Source: Lytechinus pictus (Eukaryota). Taken from it: 64,000 bases of DNA. The position numbers were made by a program, and so were the translations under genes. The DNA lies in the NCBI RefSeq assembly GCF_037042905.1, contig NC_087249.1:8496001-8560000 (forward strand), given 5' to 3'. The notes under the pieces were generated by a model. The model worked only from the letters and a program-made list of their open reading frames with translations, ran no database searches and was not told the DNA's origin. Positions 1 to 13,067 of the stretch are shown in pieces. The first letter of the stretch is position 1. Every line of letters starts with the position of its first letter.

Positions 1-3000
1 TATTCAGTTCCTTTCCTCACGAGGAGCAGGAAGAGATAGAATATAGGACTGGGATATTGCCAAATTTCTTATAATCAGAGGCAATCAATCAGTTGAATAA
101 GGAAGGCATCAGATTTCATTTGTTTGGTATGATAGAGACAAAGATACCTGAAATGAATGAGAACATTATATTTCGTTAAAAAAAAGAAAAAAAAAACACT
201 ACATTTGTATATTTGTGTCTATTTTTGGTCATTTAATGTTTATTACTAGTTGTTTTCGATTCTTTGGTTATTCATCTCTTTGGTGTACTTTATACAAGCC
301 ATACCTTGGCTTTCTCATACACCATTTTCCAATCAATCAAATACGCTGCATTGTTTTGCGTGTTAAATTGTATGTTTGTTATGTCTTCTGCTGTCTTTTT
401 TATTATTATTGTACATTTCTATTGATTCTATTGTTTTTATATCGAATACTTTGTATTGATTTGGAAATAAAGTTTACCTACAGTTAAGTTATGAAGCCAT
501 TTCATTTATAGCACTCTAGGGCAATTTTGTGAAATGAGTAGTTTAATTCCAAAATGATTGTTGTGATTTTGTGTTCACAGAATATTGTCAGTCACAGTTA
601 ACATTAACATTATTACACCTATCTGATTCTTTTAATGTACATGAAAAGCCAACGACATGTTTACATCCTCCCCCCCCCCCCCGATGATTACTTATTTTTT
701 TGTGACAATCACAGGAAGAGCTGGCTGTAGAAAATGGTCATAACCCACCATTATTTCTTTCCTCTTTAGAGAAAAATGAGGAATTCCTAAGTCTTTATTT
801 AGAGCATTTATGAGCAATAATCACAATACTTTAAGGGGAAAGAAATTCCTTCCTTTACCTTCAAATTCTTAAGCCTGAATAGCAATTTGAGATCTGTCTG
901 GGTATGATCCATATCAACGTGACATTCTTACTTTCGCTAAATTTAGAAGAAGTAAGTTTCCTCTTGATCGCAAACTCTTTTTGATATCTCCATTTCCTGG
1001 GTGTAAAGTTTGAAATGGTGCCAGTTCTAGGCCTACTTCTTAACATCCCTCATTGAATGAGAATTAAAAAGAACCTCCACTCATATTTCTTATGACTCTT
1101 ACAGGCCCCTAGGGTAGGATTTATTTCTATACAATGTTATTTTTCTTGTTTTCCAAACCCCCTTTTACTGATACTCTTCCTCTTCCATTGTCTTCCTCTT
1201 CTTCTTTCCCTTCTTGTCTTCCTCTTTTTCTTTCCCTTCTTGTCCTCCTTTTAATCCTTTCTTGGCGGTTCCTCTACCTTTTCCCTGAACCATATTCATG
1301 TGTCTTATTTCTGTTATTCTAGACACCTTCCTCACCTTTCAATTTCATTGCAATCATTCAAGAAAAGCCTTTGAGCACTGAGGGATAAATATTGTTTCCT
1401 TTTGATTCATAATTTCTAGGGGTGTTCGGGTCTCCAGCCTTCCACAAACCGCAAAAGATTCGAGACAGGCAGGATGTAGAAAGAAGCAAACAAGAGTTCG
1501 TGTTTTTATGGACACACTCCACACAAGGGGAAACCCATTACTCATTTATTTGTCATCAAACTTGTAATCTCTAGATTTTGCCGATGAGCCTATTATTCAA
1601 ATCCCAGATTTCATGACTTCTCTTGCCAGATCTGCGAGCGGCTGCGTCACAAGCAAATTGCCTCGATCTACTGAATTTGACATGAACCCTGAAAATGGCA
1701 CACGCCCAAAGGATACTCGCAAAAGAAGCATTTGTCCATTGTATCCCGAAGAACAAGGTATATCCTTGTGTTTAATCTGAGACTATTCAGATCATGTTGA
1801 GTCACACACCCTCTCCAATCAAGTGTAAAGTGCCTGAACTATTTTAAAGACACATTCAAGGACCTACCTAATTGATATTAATTAGTCAGTTATATCAGAT
1901 AAGACTGGGGACATTATAGTGCTTCCCTAAGCTGAGGGGGCAAAGGCTTTATGGCTTTATTGGAGGCTCTGTTCATCAGCTTTTTAGTCATGATTATTTA
2001 CCATGACTCATTGATTGAATCATAAATGAAAATATAGCTTATATTTGATTCACTTTCAAATGGGATTATAGAAGGTGAGATGATGCATAAATAATGAATG
2101 AATTCAAAAGAGAATTTTATCTTCTGTCTCTTTCTCTCTTTGTTCAAAAACTTTCTAATTCTCTTTTTAAAAAATTCTTCAGTAAATTTATATTTACAAT
2201 TGCTTATCAGTTCTCATTTTCAAGTGCACACAAAAGAATCATCTACATGTATTACAAACTCCCTACCAACCCAAATTCTCCCTTTTTCTTTCTCTCCATT
2301 CATATGTATCAACATCTACACTGTATTCTCTGTCTCTGTACTTTCTCTCTTGATCTATCTCTTACAAACTCATTCTTGTGTGCAGAAAAAACCCAACAAT
2401 AATTGTATTTTTCCAGTTTATTTCATATTGTTTTCATATTTACAAACAAATTATTGTAATTGACCATTAAAACCATCCACAACTCAAAGAAAGAAAGAAA
2501 AAGAAAGGTATTCTAAAACAGCCACATCCAACTTCCATGTTTTTTCATTCCACTACTCTCATATCCGGCCCTTTCACTTATATGGATACATTCCAGTCAA
2601 GGTTGGACTGTACCACAGAGTATACAAACCTGAAATATGCCACACACAAATATATCTCATTTATTTTTTTTTTCATTCGTGAATCGATTGTACCCCCACT
2701 TTTCTCTTATTCTCACTCAAACAAACATGCTTTCTCACTCTGTTCCTTTCTTTGTATTGTAAAACAATGACACCTCTGACCGGAACATGGGGATTACTTT
2801 GTCTAGTTCCAAATCCTGAGGAGATTTACCCTAAAATTTAAGGATTAAACATGGCTCAGAGAGATATATCTGAATAATACTCCTAATCATTCACAGGCTC
2901 TGTCATGATGAATGAACAAAGCCGGCCTTCTATAGGTGGTTTCAGACTGCCTCGAAGTTCGTCAGTTCCAGGTATTTTCTGAACGGGAAATTTACCCAGA

Positions 3001-3258
3001 TCAGAAAATACCAGGTAATTTTGGCAGTGTGAAAGCAAATTACACGTTATCTCCCCGAAAGAAAATACCAGCTAAATAGTAGGTGCTTGGCAAAATTACG
3101 AGAACTTTCGCAGGGACTTTTCCAAGGTCGCAGGTATTTTGGCGGTGTGAAAGCAAATTATGGGGACTTTATTATTTTGATATAGATTGTTAAAAATGTC
3201 ACCTTCGGTCCAAACTGGAGACTGTCCTTAAGATGATGCAATCCAATTCTTAACTCAC

Positions 3259-3437
3259 CTTCTGTGATGATTTCTATGGTCTCCCCTTCCCTGAAAGACA
3301 ACTCGTCTGTATCACCAGCATCGTAGGCATAGATTGTGCGACACTTGGGTCTGGAAGGAGGTGGTGGTTGTGGTTTTGGCTTGGGTCGGCCAGCTCCTGG
3401 AGCAGGGCGGCTGCCCTTGATGGTCCTACGCTTCTGG
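3259..3437 (-). CDS. MYO1E: Myosin-IE/F-like TH2/SH3 exon: [59 protein letters not shown]
   Basis: SH3 N-terminal half (YAYDA.DTDELSF); 179 nt, phase 2-1; GTGAGT donor. The final WW-containing exon was not found in 1-3258. Confidence 0.95.
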
Positions 3438-4090
3438 CTGTAATGGATGAAAAGAAAATCAGCGTTTAAAAGGAAGAAGGAAGCATGATGTTGGGAAAGA
3501 AAGTAAAGAAAATTTCCCTCCACCCCTGCATGTGACAACCAAGTTTTAATGCAGCAAATTGACATTCCCGCAAGCCCGGCCCAATACTAAATATACACAA
3601 ATCGGAACAGTATTTGCCTATTTCTGGAATTACATATACATGTATGTGGTTGTTTTCTTATATTTTTCTTTTAACTAAATTTCTGAATGAGAATGTATCC
3701 TATATCATTTTGAAATGATGTACATCAAACAAGTTTTTCCTTGAGCCTGATGACAGTGCATCTGCTTTAGAAATGATATGTTTGTTTGCCGTAACACAGA
3801 GGAAAAAGAGGGTCGGTCGGTTGGTCAGTCATTTATTTATTTTATTTGTTTTACTGGCGAAAGGCACTGTAGAACAAACAATGAAAAGAGCTTTAAATTC
3901 ATCAGTATCTCCTTGTCTTTGGAATTCTCAACAAATCTGACTTCGTAACTGTAACAAAATTGAGACCTTCAAATCTTAACTAAAGACCCAGGATCTTTTC
4001 CAGCAACCTTGTGAACAACGTGTGACATATTGGGAAGCCTGGGCCTTTAAATGTTTTCTTACAAATAAATGGCACTATACAAATGCTGTT

Positions 4091-4154
4091 CATCATCATC
4101 ATCATCATCATCACCACCACCACCACCACCACCACCACCACCACCACCACCACC

Positions 4155-4233
<79 letters not shown>

Positions 4234-4298
4234 CCATCACCATCATCATCACCATCACCATCATCATCACCATCACCATCACCATCACCATCATCATC

Positions 4299-4353
<55 letters not shown>

Positions 4354-4472
4354 CCATCACCATCACCATCATCATCACCATCACCATCATCATCACCATC
4401 ACCATCACCATCACCATCACCATCATCATCACCATCACCATCACCATCATCATCACCATCACCATCACCATC

Positions 4473-4503
<31 letters not shown>

Positions 4504-4528
4504 CCATCACCATCATCATCATCATCAT
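4091..4528. repeat. Compound (CAT)n/(CAC)n/(CATCAC)n microsatellite
   Basis: Directly visible; explains the poly-His, poly-Met/Val and poly-Ser ORFs. Confidence 0.99.
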
Positions 4529-4594
4529 GAAAAAGCAGATGGTTTAAAGGTACTGAACGAGAGGGGTATACATCCTCAGAGGAAGCAAACTCAC

Positions 4595-4736
4595 CCTGCT
4601 ACGCCTGCATCAGGTGTCTGCAGGTAATCTTGGTTGCCAGTATTAATCTTGAACTGCTTGGCGAAGCTCTGGGCTCCTCCTTTAGGTAGGTGGGGCTGCT
4701 CTCCACTTTTCCTCCGACTGGAATTACGTCTCATGC
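4595..4736 (-). CDS. MYO1E: Myosin-IE/F-like TH2 exon: GMRRNSSRRKSGEQPHLPKGG...QDYLQTPDAGVAG
   Basis: D(F/Y)L..PD.G.AG motif recalled from MYO1E/F tails; 142 nt, phase 1-2. Confidence 0.9.
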
Positions 4737-5350
4737 CTGGAATGGGGAAAGAAATAGATGGTGTCAAATACAACATCAGCCATTTGCAATGTGCAGATAC
4801 CCATACATGTACATGTACATTACAGCTCCTGTTCATGCAAAACATTTGGCCTGCCAACCAAAAGTCAACAATAAGTGGCCAGGAAATTTTCTCTGTAAAT
4901 AGCCAAAATAGTAATTTTGGTCTCCAAGGAGCAAACTTTAAAAAATTGGCTTATCTGAAAGAGCAATTCTTTTTCTTCATACTGTTAAAGTTTGAAGTTG
5001 TAAAGTTGAATAAAAGAAAATACTAGAGTCTCTTTGACATCACTTTTTTTCGGACTGCTTAGAAGTTACACCAAGATGGTACAGTTAGCACATTTCATGC
5101 TTGAATTAACCCGGAGCTTCAAACCTTGTTTTCTCATAATTTTTTTTAAGCTCTTGCTAAATTTCCTCTGCATTCAAGAAGCACTTGTAATAGCTACTGT
5201 TGATCAATTTTGGTCAGTTATAATTATATGCCATATTTAAAGCTTAGGAAGTGCTTTTTCAATGTCAATAAAAATGTCAATAGTAACTTTTGGGTGACTT
5301 ATTGTTAGTTGTGCGGTGACTGGTCACAAATTTTTCAAGTTTCAATATCT

Positions 5351-5621
5351 GGGCCCATTCTTACAAAGAGTTGCAATTGATCCGATCAACCACAACTATG
5401 GATGGCCAGCAACATCAACATCTAAAATGCACATTTGTTCAAAATATATTCTAGATATGATGTATATCCCTACATTCATCATTTCTTCAAGAATTCGGTG
5501 TGCTTCTCTTTGTTTATAAAGGACATTGTGCAAATTTCCTTTAAAAAAATTATGGTATGGATGGATTTCCATACAGTTGAGATTGATTGGATCAATCGTA
5601 ACTCTTTGTTAGATGGGGCCC
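5351..5621. mobile_element. MITE with GGGCCC ends (PIF/Harbinger-like); second copy, inverted, at ~48605-48877
   Basis: TIR gggccc-tcttacaaagagtt...aactctttgt-agatggggccc. Superfamily is inferred. Confidence 0.75.
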
Positions 5622-8600
5622 AGAACTTCTGTGAGAGTGAAGCTTGATCTGAAACACTGGATTGGGATTGGAAACAGAATAAGGATGTGTGTCCCTGACT
5701 GAAATTAAGAATTTGATAACACCAGGCAACTGACATTACAGTAGGCCTAATTGAAAAGTGAATCTATGTTGGTTGACTTGCAGTAGACAAACAAATGCAT
5801 TTGAATTGAGCTGTCCCCAAAGGTAAATATGCAATGAATTTGTAATAATAGCTACAGTTAATTTTGAATTGATAGATAGTATTGGCAATCTATGCACATT
5901 TTTTTAATGGGAAAAAACATTTAAAAGATCGTCAGAATTACAGATCTTTTACTTTTCTAAAATCTTTGAAGTCATTTCTGTTTGAATAAAAACACGAATT
6001 AGGTTCATTCCAGACTTAAATCTTGAAGATGTCTTGAATTTTTGCATGGGCTCATAAGGAGCTGAGAGAATGGCGGATATGATCATGTAATAGACAATAA
6101 CAGGAAGGGATCCCGCAGACAATGGTTTGGTGAAAACAATTCCAAACCAATTAAATCTTTAATTGATTCTTCTCATTCTTGTCTAGTTATGTTACTTTGG
6201 TGTAGAGCCAAGTGCAGCTGTGACACAGCATGGGTCCCGTTGCCAGATAACATGCTGCTGGCAAAACAAAGTCTTCAAAGTTTCAAAGGAAACATGGTAA
6301 TCATGCTCGTAAAATGTTACAAGATTATTGTGATTTTTTTTCTCCCTCTTACTTTACACTTTGTTTCATATAATTGATATGTAACAACTATGAATCATGG
6401 ATTTACATCATTCCATGAAAAGTGTGTAGAACGGTGCAGTTGGAAACTTCAATTTTTAGGTTGACATAACACAGTCTTTTACAAACATTTCCGAACTAAA
6501 GAGACAATCAGGATTAACACATAAATCCTAAATGTACTATAGAATGTTTTGTGCAATTCTTGATTATATTTATATAATTATTTGAATCTCTATTAAATTT
6601 GTCCAAACCCATTACTTTCATGTCAAAAATCTATTCCTTACAAATGTTTGAATAAGAACAGACATATAATATCAGGAAAATTAGTAATAAGATGGAATAG
6701 ACAATGAAAATTAAGCTGAGGAAGAGAAAGATAAGGAAAGTAGAGGTCAAATACATCATTGTACTTCACGTATCCTACATCTTATATTAGAACCAAACCA
6801 GTACTAATAACAGGCTTCCATCTCAAACTTTCTACAGACATATATAAAATATAACTGTCACAAAATGTTATGTTAGGAACAATTGAAATTGATATCAAAA
6901 CTAGTTTATATTTAGCCTGCATGCCGGGTAATTGGCCTCTATCAAATCAAATCTTGACACTCTTGCCAAGAATAGCTATAGTATTGCGAGATTATATGAC
7001 TCCATGGATCAAAAACATGTTATGTGAGCCATAATCATAAATGTAGTCGGAGCCAAAAGTTATCAGAAAGAGAGCTTGGTTAGTAATTTGATAGTGTAAA
7101 TATTGAATTGAACTTAAAAATAGATTCATACAGACAAATTGGAGCAGTTAAAACCAATATTTGATGACCTACTGATAATTTTAATATTTTTTTGTTGAAG
7201 GGCGACCCTATTTTAAGCAAAGTTTTTTGTTCACTAAGCAGTTCTATTAATGGTCACCCATGTGCACAACTTATCTACTTATTACATAGAGTTCTCCATA
7301 CCTTAGTTTGTTATGCTATATGACATATAGTCACTGGGCTGATAAAACCTTCTATCTCAAAATTTAAATATTTTGATGACAGCTCAGAATAAGCTAGATT
7401 TTAAAGTTATAAAATGGGTAGCAACCTTCTTTTGCCTCGAAATAGTTCTTCGCAGGTATCAGGAGACTGTTTTCAGACAATATGAAACTGCAAACATTGC
7501 ATTATTTATTAATACAGCCTTTCCTAAGCTGGCCGCAATATTTTTTTAAATTTTGATAGGTGAGGTTTTATCAACCCAGCCATGATATATTATTCAACCA
7601 CAGGTTTTCTTGAATGTGTAATGTATATAATCTTATACTGATCTCTGATGTTGATATTGTTGTTGATTCATTATTAGCATGATCATCATCATTTCTGATT
7701 CTTATAATTATTCAGATATGGTATACTGCATGTCAAGATGAGAAAAAACATCATAAAATATGGCACTAGAACACAAAATGACCAAGACACTATTATTTCT
7801 CTTAACACTGAGTTTTAACAGCAATATTCAATAACCAGGTTAACAATATCTTCACATCATATAAAACTTTTCCTATGTGAAAGCTACAAACTCCACTTTA
7901 AAGGTACTGGAATGAAAAAGCTTAAAATTTTGTCTCTGATTTGGATGGTTGTTGCAAGTAGAGATTAAGACAAATGATTAAGACAGAACAAGTGCCGCAT
8001 CCGCCGAGAGACGTTGCCCTAATCCTCTGACGACAAATGGCGCAAGCCAGCCCTGCTGTTAAAGGATTAAGACCAAGGAGGCATATGTCTTGTTGCCATG
8101 GTAACACTTTTGTGAGTCAAGATTAGAAAACGAGATCAACTGATCAAATAAAAAAGAAATGTACACAAAGACAAAAAAAAACCTGCAGCTGTTGCACTTG
8201 GAAATTAGAGCAAAATCATGTGAAAGATATGGGATTGAAAGACAATTTATCTAGGAATTGCAAACGATTTTAAGACGATGCAATCATGAAACTGGGATAA
8301 GGTGTTATCTTGTCTAGCCTCCTTGAAAGGTCACATTGAATTATTAATTGCTGAAAAATAAAAAAAAATCCATATCTATCACCTCTGATATTAGCTATCG
8401 CACATGCTCAGCTGCAACTTTGGAAACCACTGAACACCGCAAAAAAGCTAGCACTTGGAGCAGAAGCAAAGAAATGTCTCTCTTCCAGATCAAAGGCAGG
8501 GCAAAGAACATAGAACAAGAAAAGGAATTTTAAAAAAGCTCTGTCTGAATTTCAAATTCACCCTCTCTGAGACTGACAACCATGTCTAGGGATTTTCAAA

Positions 8601-8879
8601 TCCATATCTGCTTCTTTCCTGTAAAAAAACAAAAAATCATCATTATAGACCTGAAGTTATGAACATGCAGGACAGTTATGCGCAATGATACTGGTCTGCA
8701 ATTTTTTTTTTTTTTTTTGGGGGGGGGGTTAATACTAAACTTACATAGATTTCAGCCAATGCACTGCCTCCACCCCCTCTCCCACATAAAGGTTCTTGGC
8801 ATATCACTTTTGTAAAATGATATGTCATTGAGCAAGTATATCAATATATTCAAATGCTACTTTTGACCATATACAGGTG

Positions 8880-9770
8880 TATAAGCTGTCTCAGACAATG
8901 TGTCTGTTGGGTTCTCTGCAGGTAGCCAACAAACACATTTGACAATAAACAGACTCAAGCCATTATCAACATAGCAAAAATGGAGCATCGCAACACCAGG
9001 TGGTCTACTAAACCTGCTGGTTTGACAGTACTTAATGGATCATTTATTGTATCTGTGTTTCCTGAGATCCCCGGTTGCATCTATTTTGTGTGTATTATCT
9101 GTGTATGATACATTTGTGTGTATGATCTGTCACAGGCAATATATCTCTTACAGTTCCCTGCAGGTATCCAACAAATACATTTGACAATAAAAAGACTCGA
9201 GCCATTGTCAGCAGAGCAAAAATTGGAGCATCGCAACACCAGCTGGGATTCTATGACAGAGCTTAATGTATCATTGATTGTATCAGTGTTTCCTGAGATC
9301 CCTGGATGCATCTATTTGTGTGTATCATCTGTGTATGATACATTTGTGTGTATGATCTATCACAGGCAATATATCTGTTAGAGTTCACTAAAGGTAGTCA
9401 ACAAAGACAGTGGTGCTAAAAAGTGAGTGAACCCCACCAGAAAATAAACATCTTTAAAAGTGTTCAAATTCTGCCATCTTTTAGATATTTATTTGTGAAG
9501 TCAGGTGATAAATTATTCCATTCAATGTATTTTGCTTCTCTGGGCTTGCCGGACTTTGTGGCACTGTTGTCTAAGTTGAATACTCAGCATGAAGGAGTGC
9601 ATTTTCTGGTGGGGTTCACTAACTTTTCAGCACCAGTGTACACTTGACAATAAAAAGACTCAAGCCTTTGTTTAGAGCACAACACCAGATGGGTTCCTAT
9701 ACCTATGACTGGTACTTAATGTATCATTGATTATATCAGTGTTTCCTGAAATCCCTGGATGCCTCTAAAA
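8880..9770. repeat. ~230-240-bp tandem repeat (about 3 diverged units; the third is interrupted by a MITE)
   Basis: Recurrent caacaaa-acatttgacaataa...gtgtttcctgagatccc blocks. Confidence 0.85.
9408..9638. mobile_element. Tc1/mariner-like MITE; second copy at ~23173-23395
   Basis: TIR cagtggtgct-aaaagt-agtgaacccc / ggggttcactaactttt-agcaccagtg, followed by TA. The host repeat rejoins across it. Confidence 0.8.
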
Positions 9771-9774
9771 CATT

Positions 9775-10362
9775 TATTTTACATGACCAATGCCAAGATG
9801 GTATCTATCAAGAATCACAGTGGGTTTCTTAACCAGAACTTAAAGTAACTGATTGTGAACCATGTTTCCTGAAGTCTCTGGATGCCTCTAAAACACATGG
9901 TGGATACCTTTATTTCTCATGACCAATGCCAAGATGGTATCTATCAAGAATCACAGTCGGTTACTTAACCAGAACTTAAAGTAACCGACTGTGAACCATG
10001 TTTCCTGAAGTCTCTGGATGCTTCTTAAAAACATGGTGAATGCCTTTACTTCACATGAACAATGCCAAGATGGTATCTATCAAGAATCACAGTGGAATAA
10101 CCAGAACTTAAAGTAACTGACTGTGAACCATGTTTCCTGAAGTCTCTGGATGCCTCTAAAACACAAGGTGGTTGCCTTTATTTCTCATGAACAATGCCAA
10201 GATGGTATCTATCAAGAATCACAGTCAGTTACTTAACCAGAACTTAAAGTAACCGACTGTGAACCATGTTTCCTGAAGTCTCTGGATGCTTCTTAAAAAC
10301 ATGGTGAATTCCTTTATTTCACATGACCAATGCCCAGATTGTATCTATCAAGCATCACAGTT
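9775..10362. repeat. 136-bp minisatellite (~4.5 units) with an internal palindrome
   Basis: atga(c/a)caatgccaagatggtatctatcaag at 9783, 9919, 10055, 10187 and 10323. Confidence 0.95.
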
Positions 10363-12414
10363 GGAAAAGGGATCGATCTGATTATATAAATGATACAATC
10401 TATGAGTCATTCATTGTTTTTTTCATTGAACAACAATGGCCACAGACATTGATGACGCGGAACAAAGAAATTGCTTCCTTGGTTCCAAGATACAATTCAA
10501 CATATGAAATACAAGAAATAGATCAATCTGAATATCCAATCGTGCACTGAAGCATAACCAAAAGTAAAAAGGAAAACCACTAAATAAACAGATTACCATC
10601 AATTGTAGACATTAATTGTATCATTTTAATACAACAGGGGCCCAGAATATTTTGTGAGCCAACAGTTAGATGTATCCCTGATGTATAAGGATAATTTCAT
10701 GTCAGATTTTCCTCTGTGGATAGTTGGTCTGGTCTTGAAGACAACTGTGATATGTATTTTTTCTTATCAATCCTCAATTTTAAAATCAATGTTATTTTGT
10801 AATATTAATTACCAACCAGTCAAATAATAAATTCTGGAAATGAAACAGGGTTTATGAAGGAATCACCTGCAATGAAGCTTATGGGTTATTGAGTGTTGAT
10901 AAACTAAAAGGCCTTAACTAAATATAAACACACAAAAAAACATTATTTTGAAAATCAAGCAACTCTACCAAGATACTGAGGAGTATTATTCATAATTATA
11001 GGAAGTAGGCAATATGAATCTAAGGCTCAAACTTTTTCAAAATCAGTAAGTTTAGTTTATTATTTTGATACCTACATTTAAATCTCAAAATGGCCATACA
11101 TTAAGTTACTATCTTCTGTTTCCCAGTGCCTGATATGTACTTCATGTGATCAAATGCCGGGGGCAAAGGATAATATGACGGAAGGAAGCTGTCTTGCTCT
11201 ACTTCCATTTCATCGGTTTTAGCATTCCTCAATGATATTAACATCAAACACAGAATCAGTTTCCTAGCAACAGTACTGTAAACGACAACCTGTCACCTGT
11301 CCAGTCTAAATGAAGACTGTTTTTACACTTATCAATCCATCATTTATTGAAAGCAAGTCTTATATCCACCAGTGCTCCTGATTAGAGACCACAAACACAT
11401 CATGATATACCTCTAAGAAATGACATAAAAAGGAGATGATACATCCCTAGCAAATTGAAATCTTGTCAATTTTAAACAAATAAAGTATCTATATAATTCA
11501 CTTCAGGTACAGAAACATCCTTGCTATATTAATCTAGGGATAGCAGTGTTTTGCCATAACTAAGGCAGGGTTGTCAAGGAACCGAAAGCCACACTCTATT
11601 AGCACCAAAATGACCATCATATGGTTTCATGTAAATACACAGATCCATAAATAAATTCACACTTTCCCCAATCAATCGTAATAATGGCCCCAAGCAACGA
11701 CCCCTTTTCTCTTCCTCAATGAAAGTCATGCTCAGCAAGGTTATATTTTTGCTTGGCTTTCCAACCCAGTGATTAACAGCAGTCCCTTCATTTTGATGTC
11801 CTGTTCATCATAATTCTATATGCACCCAAAAAGGTCCATAGAATATATATATATAGCAAATAGTAGTATTAGAATACGAACTGTGATTGGCTAGATTTGT
11901 ACCACGTGACCTCCCTTAAAAAAGTTATATTGTATAATATGTACATTATAAAGTAACTTTTGATTTTTGGAGGGTAAAACCCGTGTTAAATGAATGGGGA
12001 GAATATTGATTAATGGCAATGCGCATTTAGCCAGTCAGTCCTGCGCGTCTGCATTTACTAAGTGCATACAATGCTTTCAATCTTAATCTTTATAGTGACG
12101 TTACCTTTTCCTGACTTTTGCAACTTTACATTATGGACGGTACACTTTGGATGATACGAGTGCAACGGTACCAATGTTTGACATTCAGCCTCCCATTTGA
12201 TCGCGTGCAACAAGCTAAGTAGGCGTTGTACAATTTACAATAATAAATAGTGAACGTTCTATCATACAATATTACTGGACTATATGAACTCCAAATATAA
12301 ATTATATTTGTCATACATATAATCTAGTATATTGTACAATAGATTGTACATTATTTATACAATTATATATATATATATACTATATATATATATATATATA
12401 TACTATATATATAT

Positions 12415-12545
12415 GACATTGTAATCTCCTGAAGAAGGAGGACCGTCGAAAATTTGAGTGAACAATAAAAACTTTATTGGCAATCAAAGCATTATCGTCA
12501 GCATTATTTTGTTACCTTACAGAAGCCAATACGTGTAACCTAAGA
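12415..12545 (+). mobile_element. Penelope-like element fragment with a minimal hammerhead-like motif, within (TA)n
   Basis: CTC-CTGAAGAAG...CGAAA-ATT-T-GAG followed by AATAAA; flanked by TA runs on both sides. Confidence 0.55.
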
Positions 12546-12896
12546 TATATATATATATATATCTTTTGGATTACAATGTAGATTGTAAGAATGTCAGCAA
12601 AAACTTTGCTTCTGGTGATCTTTTATGTCATTACAAATAATTCAAACTTCCAAACCTGTCTAATATCCCTTCCTTCAACACTATTACAACACAGTTTTCA
12701 ATTTCTGACATGATACAAAATTCATGACCCACACTGAACTGGTCTATCGGCGGTCTATCGGCCAAAGAGTTCACAAATATTTGATGTAATCCAAGCTCTT
12801 TAACCCACTGACTACTGGAACCGGGTAGCCTCTGTACAAAGCCTATGAGAATCACAGAATTCAGTAGTCAACAGGTTAATAAGGGCTGTACCTTAC

Positions 12897-13067
12897 CTCC
12901 TTTAGTAGGACTGGTAGGACCACCTCTCTTCTGGACCAGGGCGTACGGAGCACTAGGTCTTCCAGGGCCTGGCTGACTGGGAGCCGCTCTCCTTGGCCCA
13001 TGACCGTTTCCACGGTTACTGGCCTGTCTATCTCGGCTTGTCACTTTGACCTCACGTAGTCCAGGTC
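12897..13067 (-). CDS. MYO1E: Myosin-IE/F-like TH2 (Gly/Pro/Arg-rich) exon: RPGLREVKVTSRDRQ...GPTSPTKG
   Basis: Open frame, G/P/R-rich; 171 nt, phase 1-1, matching both neighbours; GTAAGG donor. Confidence 0.85.

Noticed and set aside
700..755. Final SH3 exon (TGG TGG on the minus strand)
   Set aside because: Preceded by an in-frame TAA and lacks the G.FP.NY motif; the last exon is probably left of the window.
780..1760. Coding or retroelement remnant in purine-skewed sequence
   Set aside because: No sustained ORF or recognisable motif on either strand.
3980..4627. Poly-His, poly-Met/Val and poly-Ser ORFs
   Set aside because: Artefacts of a stop-free triplet microsatellite in an intron.
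12892..12896. Alternative donor 5 nt downstream of the TH2 exon
   Set aside because: Weaker site and out of phase with the next exon.
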